From NCBI GenBank assembly GCA_040220235.1, contig JAVJTO010000055.1: a stretch of DNA of 64,000 bases; one strand, written 5' to 3'. Shown here piece by piece: positions 10,394 through 21,163 of this stretch. The stretch comes from Coleofasciculus sp. B1-GNL1-01. GTDB lineage: Bacteria; Cyanobacteriota; Cyanobacteriia; Cyanobacteriales; Coleofasciculaceae. Position 1 is the first letter of the stretch; every line of letters starts with the position of its first letter. The notes beneath the pieces are model-generated. The model was not told where the DNA came from. It made no database searches and was given only the letters and a program-made list of their open reading frames with translations. Both the position numbers and the translations under genes were made by a program.

Positions 10394-11539
10394 CTAATCA
10401 GGCTGATTTTGAAAAAGTTCTACAGCTATTTTTGAGGCTATTTTGAATGTAACAAAAAGGAAAGGCAATAATGCTAACATTAGAAAGAATTGCCCACCTT
10501 CACAATCCTGAAAACAGAGTCCAAGACCCAACATATAAAAGGCAACTACTAATGTGGTGATCAAATAAATAATCAAGATTATCAGCAAAAAAATATCAAC
10601 TATAATCTTTGTTGGCATTGAAATAGTCCATGAGCGTAAAATGTTTTTCCTGGATAAGCATTTTTTGGGTGTGCGATGAATGTGCCGAGTCTTATCAACA
10701 TAGTGCCGATTACTATTTTTCAGGTTTGACAAGGCTTGAGACGTACAATTAAATCGCCGCTCCAAATTTGGATCAGTGAGGGATTCCAGCCAATTCACAA
10801 AACTAGGACTTAAACTGACTCTATCGCGAAAATGAATACGTAAATTTTGCTGAGGTAAATCAGCGGGTGCTGTCCCCGTTAATAAATGAATTAATGTAGC
10901 GCCCAATGCATATAAATCTGAGGCGGGAACTGCTTTACCCCAAAATTGTTCGAGGGGGGCATAACCTGCTGTACCGACAACCGTAAACGTGACTCCTTCA
11001 ACCACAGTGGGATCAGCGACGGCACCAAAATCAACTAAATAGACAGATGTACCTTCAGCCGCATCGACATTCTCTTGAAAAATTAAATTACTGGGTTTAA
11101 TATCGCGATGCAGTACAGGTGGATTCAACCCATGTAAATAGCTCAAAATCTCTAAAACTTGAATCGCAATGGAGCGTACCTGAGCAAGTGTGAAATGCTT
11201 CCCCTGATTAAGTAATTGCTGAAGCGATTGACCGGGAATATAATCCTGTACTAAACAAAACCAGCACAATCCTTGACCCATCTGTTCATCTAAGGAAAAA
11301 TAATCCCGATGTTTCGGGATGCGCGGATGGTTCAGCGCTTTGAGAACCTGCGCCTCGCGTTCAAAGAGTTTAAACTCGTCCCACTCCATCTGAGGACTAA
11401 ACGCCAGTAGCTTGACGATTACCTGTTGTGGTGGTGTTTGGGTGGTATCTTCAGCCAGCCAGGTTTGACGCCCCGCATTTTGGGAGAAGCATTGTTGTAG
11501 TTGGTAGCGATTCTGTAAGAGTTGTTTGGCTTGTAGCAT
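10394..11539 (-). CDS. Ser/Thr protein kinase with two C-terminal TM helices
   Basis: HRDIKPSN, DFG and GYAPLEQ motifs; hydrophobic tail. Confidence 0.9.
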   Translation of the reverse strand: MLQAKQLLQNRYQLQQCFSQNAGRQTWLAEDTTQTPPQQVIVKLLAFSPQMEWDEFKLFEREAQVLKALNHPRIPKHRDYFSLDEQMGQGLCWFCLVQDYIPGQSLQQLLNQGKHFTLAQVRSIAIQVLEILSYLHGLNPPVLHRDIKPSNLIFQENVDAAEGTSVYLVDFGAVADPTVVEGVTFTVVGTAGYAPLEQFWGKAVPASDLYALGATLIHLLTGTAPADLPQQNLRIHFRDRVSLSPSFVNWLESLTDPNLERRFNCTSQALSNLKNSNRHYVDKTRHIHRTPKKCLSRKNILRSWTISMPTKIIVDIFLLIILIIYLITTLVVAFYMLGLGLCFQDCEGGQFFLMLALLPFLFVTFKIASKIAVELFQNQPD

Positions 11540-11604
11540 AGAAGGGCGCTTCCAGAATGGGGTTACTCAGACCTATCTCTGAATCTAGGAAGCTTATGCA
11601 GTTT

Positions 11605-11895
11605 GTAGAGACGTTCCATGGAATGTCTCGCCTCTACACCAATCCTTTGCTAGCCCGTTGGAAGCGCCAAAACCCTTGATATACGTGACTCATAACGGGA
11701 TGTGGACAACCTATCTCCAAACCTCTCTCCTGCGAGGAGAGAGGCTTTGAATTCTCTCTCTTCCGTGCAATAAAAGCGAAGTATCCTCTGGTCTCCCCGC
11801 ATAACAAAAAGCGAAGTATCCGCTAGTCTCCCCCTTTTGAAGGGGGACGGAAGGGGAATCTAAAAAGGGGAAACGAAGAGGGTTAGGTTTTTCCA
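11605..11895. repeat. REP plus a hairpin-rich dispersed element with an internal duplication
   Basis: GTAGAGACGTTCCATGGAATGTCTC..CTAC; hairpin CCTCTCTCCTGCGAGGAGAGAGG; two copies of AAAAGCGAAGTATCC.CT.GTCTCCCC. Confidence 0.6.
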
Positions 11896-11933
11896 ATTCA
11901 CCAGTAATATCTTCAAGGGAAGCGAGTAAAACA

Positions 11934-11965
11934 AATGACTAATGATGAATGACAAATGACAAATA
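11934..11965. repeat. Heptamer STRR (TGACAAA/TGACTAA-type)
   Basis: Tandem heptamers. The same family occurs at about 47500-47550 and 49753-49815. Confidence 0.75.
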
Positions 11966-12157
11966 AATCAAGCCAATCCCTGAGAAAAAAAACCTGCCCA
12001 ATAATAGGGATGAGAAAAAGGCTGTTTCTCCTGCACCAACGACTGCAAATGATGCTGCTGTACCTGAATCTTATCCTAATAAATCCCTGGAACAATAAGG
12101 ATGTCATGCAGATAATCAATGTCGCTGAATTGAGCGTTTATTATGGGTGTTTAACGT

Positions 12158-12184
12158 TTAGGGCGCTAAAGCGCAACTACGAAC
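12158..12184. repeat. REP (GTAGTTGCGCTTTAGCGCCCTAA family)
   Basis: Identical reverse-complement copy at 45368-45394. Both copies lie immediately after stop codons. Confidence 0.8.
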
Positions 12185-12186
12185 GT

Positions 12187-13902
12187 TTAAAAGCCTAAAT
12201 CGGCTTTGGCGGCATCGGCGGCGGCAAATACTTCTTCATCTGACTTTTCATCCCAGGAGGGTTCGCCAATTTCTGTGTAGAATGTTTGATCGTAGGGACG
12301 AGTTCGCACGACAACGGGCATGGGTACGGCATGTCCTAATATTAATGCCTGTTGTTTGGAATCTAATTTAGCTAAAACCGATCGCAAACTTTGACCCCCC
12401 GAAACCCCGGTAAAGATCGCCTCGATGTCTTTATCATCATTCAGTAAACAGGTAATTCGGGTGCCAACCTGGGACATAACCTCATTATCAATCCCCGATG
12501 GACGCTGATCGACAATCAGTAATGTAACAAAATATTTCCGCATCTCGCGGGCAATAATGCCAAAGATGGTTTGACGCACTGTGGCTGAATCTAGGAAACG
12601 GTGCGCTTCTTCAATCGTAATCACCAATGGGCGCGGGCGATCGCATGGATTTTTGCTTTGCAGAAACTTCTCCGCCTTCCGCACGTATTTACCATGAATG
12701 CGGCGTGTCATCACATTCGTGGCTAGCATATAGGACAGCATATTCGATTGAGAGCCAAATTCCACTACCACATGCTTCCCCGCATCTAAGGATTGCAGAA
12801 TCTGGTCAATATAATTTTGGGGACAAGTACTTCGTATGTACTTTAACTCCTCTAGACGCAGTAACTTGCGCTGTAATGCCATAATTGAGGACTTATGTCC
12901 CCGCTTCTCATCGCAAAATGTCTGAATATCCTCATTCGTCATATTTAGGAGGTGAGTAATCCAGGTTTTGCCAAATTCGTTGCGGAGAATAATCGCATTT
13001 TCTAAACTCGTATCAGACAGGTTTAATTCGCCTCGCACCAGGGAGATATCTTCGACTTCAATTTGATCGAAACCAAGATACAATTCCTGGGCGTCTCGAA
13101 TCCCTCGGCGTTGGGTGGATTCCGGGTCAAGGGTGTACACTTGGACTTGATTGGGAAAGAGTTGGCGTAATCCTTTAACGGTACTAAATTGTTTTCCTTC
13201 TGATACCGCTTCCCATCCATATTCGGAGTGCATATCGAAGATTAAATTAACCGCCGCTTGCTTGCGAATTATCCCGGATAATAATACGCGAGTCAGAAAG
13301 GATTTCCCGGTTCCCGATTTGCCAAACACACCGTTACTGCGTTCCACAAACCGATCCAGGTCTAAGCAGATTGGCACGTCCATGTCAAGGGGTTGACCCA
13401 CCGAAAAATTCCGTCGATGGGGGTCATCTTCCCAGCCAAACACCGCCCGGAAATCTCGTTCACTGGCGTCATAGACTTGGGAGAAGTGACTGGGAATTGT
13501 TTTCACCGGAAGCAATTCCATATCCTCGCTACTTTGAGGTTGAAACGACGCTAAAGGACTTTTGCCATTCAGGTTCAGGTTAGGTGTTTCCCGTTTTCCC
13601 TCCGTTGGCGTGAACATCAGCATCGGAGTTAAATTGATCGTCCCAAACGTGCCACTTCCGGCAAGAACCTCACGTAAAAAGCTATCGTTGGGATGGGGGG
13701 GATTCGCCCAAATCCGCTGACTAGAGGTTCCTAGCGCCACATCCGTCAGCATACAGAAAAAGCGCGATCGCATCCCTTGAACCACCAGAAACTTACCCAC
13801 ACGCATATCTTCGACGGAGACATCCGCGTGTAATCGCACTTCCAATCCGCCGGAAAGAGAACCTTGAATGACTGAACCTAAGGGTTTATCTACATCCATC
13901 AC
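12187..13902 (-). CDS. HerA/DUF87-family ATPase with HAS barrel
   Basis: N-terminal LGSVIQGSL barrel, Walker A GKSGTGKS, FDMHSEY, IEEAHRF, AREMRKY and DQRPS motifs. Confidence 0.88.
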   Translation of the reverse strand: MMDVDKPLGSVIQGSLSGGLEVRLHADVSVEDMRVGKFLVVQGMRSRFFCMLTDVALGTSSQRIWANPPHPNDSFLREVLAGSGTFGTINLTPMLMFTPTEGKRETPNLNLNGKSPLASFQPQSSEDMELLPVKTIPSHFSQVYDASERDFRAVFGWEDDPHRRNFSVGQPLDMDVPICLDLDRFVERSNGVFGKSGTGKSFLTRVLLSGIIRKQAAVNLIFDMHSEYGWEAVSEGKQFSTVKGLRQLFPNQVQVYTLDPESTQRRGIRDAQELYLGFDQIEVEDISLVRGELNLSDTSLENAIILRNEFGKTWITHLLNMTNEDIQTFCDEKRGHKSSIMALQRKLLRLEELKYIRSTCPQNYIDQILQSLDAGKHVVVEFGSQSNMLSYMLATNVMTRRIHGKYVRKAEKFLQSKNPCDRPRPLVITIEEAHRFLDSATVRQTIFGIIAREMRKYFVTLLIVDQRPSGIDNEVMSQVGTRITCLLNDDKDIEAIFTGVSGGQSLRSVLAKLDSKQQALILGHAVPMPVVVRTRPYDQTFYTEIGEPSWDEKSDEEVFAAADAAKADLGF

Positions 13903-14068
13903 TGTTAGGGTTTGAACGAAGCCAAGCCTATCTTATCGTTCTCTTCTGGGTTATTGGGCGTTTTGCCTCGATTCAAGAGTAAATTAGCAATTTTTTTCAG
14001 GAAACCAGATGAATAAATAAGATTTGGGCAAAGGAAACAGATAATACATAATTTTAATGCCTCTTAGC

Positions 14069-15457
14069 TTATTGAAATCGGTTCAGGGAATTCCCTAACT
14101 GCAAATCCATCCCTTCTCTACGACTACGAAGGTCATAGTAAATTACGGCTTTTATGGCTTGCCAGAAGGGTATAGGAAAAGCTAGACCACCGAGAAACAA
14201 TGCAAGATTGAGTAAGAAATACAACAAGCCGAAGAAGCCAGAATCCGATAATATCGCAGCGAAAACAACTTGAACAATCCAACTCACCACCTGAACAATA
14301 GCAGCGATGGGAATGGTAATGATATAGGCAACAAAGAATATCCCCACAAGACGTAAGACAAATCCCTTGGTCAAGAGCCAGCTCCGACCAATGGTTGAAG
14401 TCGCATCTACATTATTTTCAATGGCTAGGGGAAGTTCAACAATTGACAGGCGCGAATAAAGCCAGATATATCCAAACATCAAGGCTATCCCAATCACCAA
14501 TGCCAGTAATAAGAATATACCAATCTTCACCGGATCTGGGTTGAACAGAAAACCCATCACCATTGCTTGTATTGGCAATACACTAGCAACAATACCAAAC
14601 AAGACACTGAACCCGATCATTGCTCCCCAAAAAATCAGGATCACCAAAATTCCGGCGAAGAAGAAACTCCACATTCGAGGATTGATATGGCGACGAGCTT
14701 GAGTAACTGTCTCTGGACGTTCGCTTAATTCCCTGAAGGCAAGACGAGAGATTAGCGCTGAGTTAGCCGAGAACTTAGCCCAGCCATAAATCGGTAATAA
14801 TGCCCACAGACAGGCTCGAAAAGCTATACCAAGGTAGAGTTTAAAATGATCGCGATACAAACGCAGACCCGCACTAACCACATTACCCACACTGAGGGGT
14901 TTCATGGGTTGGCGAGGTTGGGAATGGCGGGATTGAGTGCTACGGTGTGGAGTAGAGTCCCTCGGTTGTCGATTGTGTGAGGATGTATATCCTCCAGCAG
15001 AAGCGTGTCGAGGAACTTTGGCAAAATTTGAACCCGGTGGTGGTTCTAAGTCCGGAGATTGGGAATTGGAAGATGTATCATTTTCAGCCGCCATATCTGG
15101 GGGAGTTGGATGCAGATTTAAATCGGGATCTGCATCGTGAACATCTGTGACTTGAACGGGTGAGGAATCCATCTCAAAGCTTTGTGTCCAAGCAAAAGAG
15201 TCTTGTCCTTGCTGACGCCCATAAATTTGCACCGTTTTAATTGTTTTAACGCCTAGCTTGGTTAAACCCTGACGAATAAAAGGAACTGTCGCCTTTTGGT
15301 TGGGAACTTGCGCTGATTCCAGCAAGATTTGCAAACAATCTTCTTTGCGATTAACCTTGGCGACGATATGCTTGGCTCGCAGTGAGCGGTTAATCATTGC
15401 TGCAATTGCTTTCGGATTACCTTGCTTCGCAAGCTTTAACACGTTTGGCTCAGCCAT
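14069..15457 (-). CDS. Membrane protein (DUF975/GDPD-membrane-like) with cyanobacterial 'LAKQGNPKAIA' N-terminal domain
   Basis: PLSVGNVVSAG...YYDLRSRREG membrane domain, joined by a low-complexity linker. Confidence 0.7.
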   Translation of the reverse strand: MAEPNVLKLAKQGNPKAIAAMINRSLRAKHIVAKVNRKEDCLQILLESAQVPNQKATVPFIRQGLTKLGVKTIKTVQIYGRQQGQDSFAWTQSFEMDSSPVQVTDVHDADPDLNLHPTPPDMAAENDTSSNSQSPDLEPPPGSNFAKVPRHASAGGYTSSHNRQPRDSTPHRSTQSRHSQPRQPMKPLSVGNVVSAGLRLYRDHFKLYLGIAFRACLWALLPIYGWAKFSANSALISRLAFRELSERPETVTQARRHINPRMWSFFFAGILVILIFWGAMIGFSVLFGIVASVLPIQAMVMGFLFNPDPVKIGIFLLLALVIGIALMFGYIWLYSRLSIVELPLAIENNVDATSTIGRSWLLTKGFVLRLVGIFFVAYIITIPIAAIVQVVSWIVQVVFAAILSDSGFFGLLYFLLNLALFLGGLAFPIPFWQAIKAVIYYDLRSRREGMDLQLGNSLNRFQ

Positions 15458-15672
15458 AGCCCTGTCTCCAGTTGGGGTAAGTTGGGATTAGATCGAAGCG
15501 GTCAGCAGATAGGAACTAACCTTCACAGATTACTCTAGATTTAGCGGCATATTCTACGCCAAATGTCCCTTTTTGTGATAATTATTTACATTTCCCGATA
15601 AAACGTCAGAAAAATATACTTTTAGGTGTCAGGCTACGGATGTTAAGGGAAAGGGGAATCGGAACTTCCAGA

Positions 15673-17736
15673 TTAGAATTGAAATCCGAGTAAATTCCAG
15701 TACGCTAACACCCCAATGAAAACGAAGGCGGCTAATGTGATCACAGAATAATGCGATCGCGCCCCAAACGACCAATCGTGATTTTTCCAAGCTAACACCG
15801 TAAAAGCCAGTAATCCCACGCTAGCCAAAGCGGTTAAGATAGGAATTGCCAAGAATGCGATCGCCACAGGAAGAACGCCATAGACTAACTTCCAGACGCC
15901 GATTAGCCAGAGTGACAAGGGTAAGCCAATCAGGAAGACTAGATTTAACGTTGCGATCGCGCCTCCCAATAGCCAAGCTGAGTTATACTGCTGTTTATCT
16001 GAACTAGGCTTACCCCGCCACCATTGAATTAAGGGTTGTATGATTCCCCTAATCATGGCGGATAGGAACACCACAACACAAAAGCTGACGAGTCCAAACT
16101 GCACCCAAATCCCTTCATACCAGGATATACGCTCATACGTGCCAATTTTAGGAAACAGGGGATTGTAGGCAAACGTAATCTCTCCCGCCTCATTTTCCTC
16201 AAACGCCGTAAACGTCGGCGTATCCACTCGTTTAAATAACAGGGGTGCTACAGGTTCGAGTTGAACGGGTTTAATTTTATTCAAAAAGAAGAGATTGGGC
16301 GTCTGAATTTGCAATCGGTTGTCATCACCTTTTTTAATCTGGATATGTTTGAATGATCCTGCTAGTTTTGCCAACGTATGGCGAGGATATTCCATATCTC
16401 GATAAGTCCCCGTAAACCGATCCAGTTCTACCTGGGAAGCATCAAGGGATTGAGTCGCTGTAGACTCTTGGTCAACTGGAAAATAATGATCGAAAAACTG
16501 AGTAAGGAATTTACTATGAATTCCGCTAAAACTATTAGAGGCAATGAAAATACCAATATTTTGGCTAGGAATTAACGTCAGCGAACTCGAATACCCCCGT
16601 AAGCTGCCTAAATGCCCGATCGCCCGCATATTATTAACCAGACGTTCCCGAAACCCGTAACCGGTTCCAGGTAATTTTGGGTGAGGTTTAAAGTGAGTCT
16701 GGTGCATGAGTTTCGCCGTATCCGCCTCTAAGATACGCTGGTTTTGATAACGCCCCTGTTGCAAGTGAGCAATCATAAAATGTGCCATATCCGTGGCGGT
16801 GGCACTGAGGGAGGCGGCGGGTGCAATATTAAGGTAGAGGTAGGGAACCGCTTTGTAGTTACCTTTTTGATACTGATAGCCAACTGCCAAATCATCCGCT
16901 AAATCCGGTGGTGGAGGTTGAGCAAAGCTGCTGCGCTGCATATCTAGGGGTTGTAAAATATTGGCGTTGATATAGTCCATATAAGGACGACCTGATATCT
17001 GTTGCACCAAGTAACCCAATAACGCGATCGCATGGTTAGAATAGCTGTAAAATCTTCCCGGTTGCCAGACAATCGGTGGCATATACTCAGCCAGATAATC
17101 CCCTAGAGGTGTCATCTCCTGTTCAGTGCGAGCGGCGAGTCCCACCAGACGCTTTGTGCTACCATCGGTATGCATCATTAGCTGGGCAAAGGTCACAGGT
17201 TGAGAATGGGGGTTGTCGAGTTGAAAGCGTTCCAGGTATTGGCTAACATCATCCTCTAGATCAATCCGTCCCTGCTCGTATAATTGCATTGTGGCGGTAG
17301 CCGTGAAGACTTTAGACAAAGAGGCAACCCGAAACACCGTGCGATCGGCAACAACGGGAGTTTTTTTCTCCAGGTTGGCATAGCCATAGCCTTTGGCAAA
17401 AAAAACAGTCCCATCTTTGACCACAGAAATGACTGCACCCGGAACGTGAGATTTGGACATCTCTTGGTCAAAGAAATTATCTACATAATTGGCAAATTCT
17501 TGTTGGCTAATAATTCCAGGCGTACCTGGTGCTGGGGAAACCGGGGGTTCTGTTTCAATCGCTTCCTGCGGTTGGCGATCTAAAATGGGAAACTGCAAGG
17601 GTTCTTTTTTCGCCAATGCGGGAAACCCCGACAGGGACAGAAACAGGATGAATCCAAGTAGTCCGCTAATAATTCCCTTAAACCATTGCTTCAAGGGTAA
17701 TCTATGCTGGGTTTTGTTAGCCTGCTGTGGGGTCAT
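15673..17736 (-). CDS. Serine hydrolase (beta-lactamase class C family), membrane anchored
   Basis: SxxK (ASLSK), YSN and HxG motifs; signal peptide; four C-terminal TM helices. Confidence 0.88.
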   Translation of the reverse strand: MTPQQANKTQHRLPLKQWFKGIISGLLGFILFLSLSGFPALAKKEPLQFPILDRQPQEAIETEPPVSPAPGTPGIISQQEFANYVDNFFDQEMSKSHVPGAVISVVKDGTVFFAKGYGYANLEKKTPVVADRTVFRVASLSKVFTATATMQLYEQGRIDLEDDVSQYLERFQLDNPHSQPVTFAQLMMHTDGSTKRLVGLAARTEQEMTPLGDYLAEYMPPIVWQPGRFYSYSNHAIALLGYLVQQISGRPYMDYINANILQPLDMQRSSFAQPPPPDLADDLAVGYQYQKGNYKAVPYLYLNIAPAASLSATATDMAHFMIAHLQQGRYQNQRILEADTAKLMHQTHFKPHPKLPGTGYGFRERLVNNMRAIGHLGSLRGYSSSLTLIPSQNIGIFIASNSFSGIHSKFLTQFFDHYFPVDQESTATQSLDASQVELDRFTGTYRDMEYPRHTLAKLAGSFKHIQIKKGDDNRLQIQTPNLFFLNKIKPVQLEPVAPLLFKRVDTPTFTAFEENEAGEITFAYNPLFPKIGTYERISWYEGIWVQFGLVSFCVVVFLSAMIRGIIQPLIQWWRGKPSSDKQQYNSAWLLGGAIATLNLVFLIGLPLSLWLIGVWKLVYGVLPVAIAFLAIPILTALASVGLLAFTVLAWKNHDWSFGARSHYSVITLAAFVFIGVLAYWNLLGFQF

Positions 17737-17992
17737 TCTTCAAAACGATGGAGTCGGCAGCAGAAATCGGGTGAGAATATCACAGAATGAGTATCCTCAC
17801 CTTGGTAGTTTACCCAGGTGTGAAATAGCAGAAATCTACATAGAGGATGATGATCCCAAGATGGGGTGACAAGAACTCAACATGCAAAACCAGTAGATCC
17901 AAAATGAATGCCACTGACTGGTATGCTGGTGGGTTGAGCGAAGTCGGTTGAGCGAAGTCGAAACCCACCCTACGGTATATCAAAGGGAGAAG

Positions 17993-18214
17993 TCAAACCA
18001 CTTCTAACTCATCTTCCCGGAAGTGACCGCGAAACTTTTTATCAAATTTAACCTGAATCGGTAAGTTAGCGCTCACAGGTCGCCCTTGCCATTCTGTAAC
18101 GATAGCAATGACTTCGCCTTCCATACCCTTGATATCAAACGGCTCATTGCGGTGGGCAGGATTGTGGTAAACAATAACAGATGTCTTAACTCGAACGCGA
18201 TCGCCAACTTTCAT
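17993..18214 (-). CDS. ftrV: Ferredoxin-thioredoxin reductase variable chain
   Basis: MKVGDRVRVKTSVIVYH.P.HR...GRPVSANLP...HFREDELE. Confidence 0.92.
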   Translation of the reverse strand: MKVGDRVRVKTSVIVYHNPAHRNEPFDIKGMEGEVIAIVTEWQGRPVSANLPIQVKFDKKFRGHFREDELEVV

Positions 18215-18331
18215 ACAAAAAGCTCGTTTTCTCTCCAACAGCCTACATCTTGCCAGAAATTACTCTGGCAATCCTAAACCATTCTTACACAGCAAGGTTC
18301 TTTCCTAGAGATTAGTTTGGCAACTGATCAA

Positions 18332-18359
18332 AAACGGTGCTGATTTTCCAGCACCGTTT
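18332..18359 (-). terminator. Rho-independent terminator
   Basis: AAACGGTGCTG-ATTTTC-CAGCACCGTTT hairpin with a T-tract on the minus strand, after the PIN/TRAM gene. Confidence 0.7.
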
Positions 18360-18399
18360 CCAGACCTGTAGCCACCTCAACCGCAGCCAATTCTTATGG

Positions 18400-19479
18400 T
18401 TACGCCGCCACAGATGCTTGAGGACGAGCAAAAATCATCCGTCCAGCAGATGTCTGTAAAGCCGAAGTGACCACAACTCGCATTTCAGCGCCGAGGTGGT
18501 TACGTCCTTCTTCCACAACCACCATCGTGCCATCGTCTAGATAACCTACGCCTTGAGAGGGTTCTTTCCCCTCCTTGAGGATTTTCAGTTCCAGGCTATC
18601 ACCCGGCAGATAAATTGGACGTACAGCGTGAGCCAGGTCATTGACATTGAGTACCGGAACTTTTTGCAAATTAGCCACTTTACTCAGATTGTAGTCATTC
18701 GTCAAAAGCGTGCCATTAATTTCCTGAGTCAACCGAACCAATTTGGCATCCACCGTCTGAATATCCTCATAATCAGCCGGGTGAATAATCAGGCGTTCCG
18801 GATAAGCGGTTTGCATGGCTTTGAGAATATCTAACCCACGCCGTCCCCGAATCCGCTTTTGATCATTCGCTGCATCGGCTAACTGCTGTAACTCTTGCAA
18901 CACAAACTGGGGGATGAGGAGTTGACCCTCGACAAACCCTGTATTCAACAGTTCCTCAATGCGACCATCGATAATACAACTGGTGTCGAGTACCTTACTC
19001 GTCGCTGGTTTGAGCGTCCCTTCTGCTACCAACATCGTGTCCAAGCTGTTTGGATTAATCAGTCGCAAAAAAGTCCGACCGTGGGTATCTGCCAGACTGA
19101 TTCCCAGAAAGGCAAACATCACACTGCCCAAAATTGCCGCCAGGGGCTTGATAAAGGCAAACTCCGAGGGAAAAGGTAGAAAGAAAATCGGGGCTAGCAT
19201 TAAATTCGCTAACAGCAGCCCCAACACCAAACCGACTGCCCGGGTTAAAATTACCTCAATGGGCAGTTGGCGTACCTGCTTTTCCAAACGACGATAGGTC
19301 ACCTGTACTGTTAACCCAACCGCAAAACCGATAATGGCGGTAAAACTGGCTAAAATCCAGCGTAGCGCCTCCAGATTGGTAATCTGTTCTTGCACGGAAG
19401 GCGGAAGCAGTTCAACAATGTCGAACCCTACACCTGCTCCTCCTAGGATGAATAAAAGAATAATGACAAAATCAAGCAT
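18400..19479 (-). CDS. PIN/TRAM domain membrane protein (YacL-like)
   Basis: LDTSCIIDGRI, RGRRGLDIL, TNDYNL, GYLDDGTMVVVE and QTSAGRMIFA motifs. Confidence 0.93.
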   Translation of the reverse strand: MLDFVIILLFILGGAGVGFDIVELLPPSVQEQITNLEALRWILASFTAIIGFAVGLTVQVTYRRLEKQVRQLPIEVILTRAVGLVLGLLLANLMLAPIFFLPFPSEFAFIKPLAAILGSVMFAFLGISLADTHGRTFLRLINPNSLDTMLVAEGTLKPATSKVLDTSCIIDGRIEELLNTGFVEGQLLIPQFVLQELQQLADAANDQKRIRGRRGLDILKAMQTAYPERLIIHPADYEDIQTVDAKLVRLTQEINGTLLTNDYNLSKVANLQKVPVLNVNDLAHAVRPIYLPGDSLELKILKEGKEPSQGVGYLDDGTMVVVEEGRNHLGAEMRVVVTSALQTSAGRMIFARPQASVAA

Positions 19480-19900
19480 GGTTCCAATCCAAGTGGTTTA
19501 TCTGGCAAATCTTTCGATTCTATTCAAGATTTATAATGATAGAGGTTAATCACATTTATTATATCTTTCCCTCCTTTTTGTTTTCCTATACCTATCGGCT
19601 TAGCTCAAATCTTCAGGTTTTCGTATAAGCGAGTACAGTTCTAGCCCTTTTTTGTTAATAACTCAAGATTTTTTCTAAAAATATCTTGAAATAATAAGTC
19701 TGTCAGCCTAAATGGTGAGGATCATTATGGGTCAGGGAACCGGAAAAATCAGCTTCATAATTCATAACTCATAATTCGGATATCATTGGTGGTCATAAAT
19801 TAAACAACCTTTACAAAACGTAATTTTGTTGGGTTTGTTTCCATCGATCTACTACTTGTTAATCATACGTTAAGAATTATTCGTAAAATTTTCGCCTAAT

Positions 19901-21163
19901 ATGTTAAATTTTTCAAACAAATCTGAGAAAATCATCGAGATGGGAATTGCCCATTCTGCCTACATCCATATCCCCTTCTGCCGACGCCGCTGCTACTACT
20001 GTGACTTTCCTGTCTCTGTAGTCGGCGATAAAGCCAGGGGCAGCACGTCCGGCACGATTGAGGAATATGTTGAGGTCTTAGCTCAAGAAATTCAAACAAC
20101 ACCAGCCTCGACTTGTTCTCTCTCAACTATTTTCTTTGGTGGTGGCACCCCCTCTCTGTTATCCGCTCAACAGTTAAACCGCATTCTGGATACCTTAGCA
20201 CAGCAGTTTGGCATAACTACCGATGCTGAGATTTCCATGGAAATAGACCCAGGCACATTCGACCTGTCGCAGATCAAAGGATACCGGGATGCGGGCGTGA
20301 ATCGAGTGAGCCTAGGAGTTCAAGCCTTTCAGGATGAACTATTAGGCATTTGTGGGCGATCGCACCAGCTTAATCATATCTTCACCGCTGTTGAGTTGCT
20401 CCGCCAAGTAGAGGTTCCCGACTGGAGTTTAGATTTGATTTCTGGATTACCCACTCAAACCTTAGAACAGTGGCAAGAATCCTTGAATGCTGCCATTCAG
20501 CTTGCCCCTACCCATATCTCCTGCTATGACCTAACCATAGAACCCGTCACCGCCTTTGGACGGCAGTACAGCCCCGGCATTTCTCCCTTACCGACTGACG
20601 AGACAACCGCTCAAATGTATTACCTTGCCCAGCAACTCCTTACTGATGCCGGGTATGAACATTATGAGATATCCAACTATGCTTTACCAACTCATCAATG
20701 CCGACATAATCGGGTGTATTGGGAAAATCGTCCTTTTTATGGATTTGGTATGGGGGCGGCTAGTTATGTCCAGGGGCGGCGGTTTACGCGACCCCGCACC
20801 CGGCGAGAGTATTATGCTTGGGTGCGACAGTTCATTGAAGCGAATGGGATCTGGGAAAGTCCAGAACTCTCGGACGTGGATATTTTGTTAGAAACCCTGA
20901 TGCTAGGACTACGCTTGGCAGAAGGTGTGAGTCTATCTACACTGGTGCAGCAGTTTGGCGAGAAGACTCTCGAACAGATTGGGACAATTTTGCAGCCCTA
21001 CTACCAGCAAGGCTGGGTAGAAGTTGTAGAACGAGATGGAAAAGCCTGGGATTGGCACAATGCCCAGAAACTACCGATGACTGGGCGGCTGAGATTAAGT
21101 GATCCAGACGGGTTTTTGTTTTCTAATCAGATTCTGGCTGATTTGTTTAGTCGCTGTACGTGA
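19901..21163 (+). CDS. hemW: Radical SAM heme chaperone
   Basis: YIHIPFCRRRCYYCDF, FGGGTPS, YEISNY and HN..YW motifs. Start uncertain. Confidence 0.92.
   Translation: MLNFSNKSEKIIEMGIAHSAYIHIPFCRRRCYYCDFPVSVVGDKARGSTSGTIEEYVEVLAQEIQTTPASTCSLSTIFFGGGTPSLLSAQQLNRILDTLAQQFGITTDAEISMEIDPGTFDLSQIKGYRDAGVNRVSLGVQAFQDELLGICGRSHQLNHIFTAVELLRQVEVPDWSLDLISGLPTQTLEQWQESLNAAIQLAPTHISCYDLTIEPVTAFGRQYSPGISPLPTDETTAQMYYLAQQLLTDAGYEHYEISNYALPTHQCRHNRVYWENRPFYGFGMGAASYVQGRRFTRPRTRREYYAWVRQFIEANGIWESPELSDVDILLETLMLGLRLAEGVSLSTLVQQFGEKTLEQIGTILQPYYQQGWVEVVERDGKAWDWHNAQKLPMTGRLRLSDPDGFLFSNQILADLFSRCT

Noticed and set aside
12187..13902. HerA ATPase as an anti-phage system
   Set aside because: No Sir2/nuclease partner is adjacent. 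It has host-like composition with HIP1 sites and looks like the housekeeping cyanobacterial family.
21147..21163. 17-bp convergent overlap of hemW and the MFS gene
   Set aside because: Short tail-to-tail overlaps are common, and there is no further signal.
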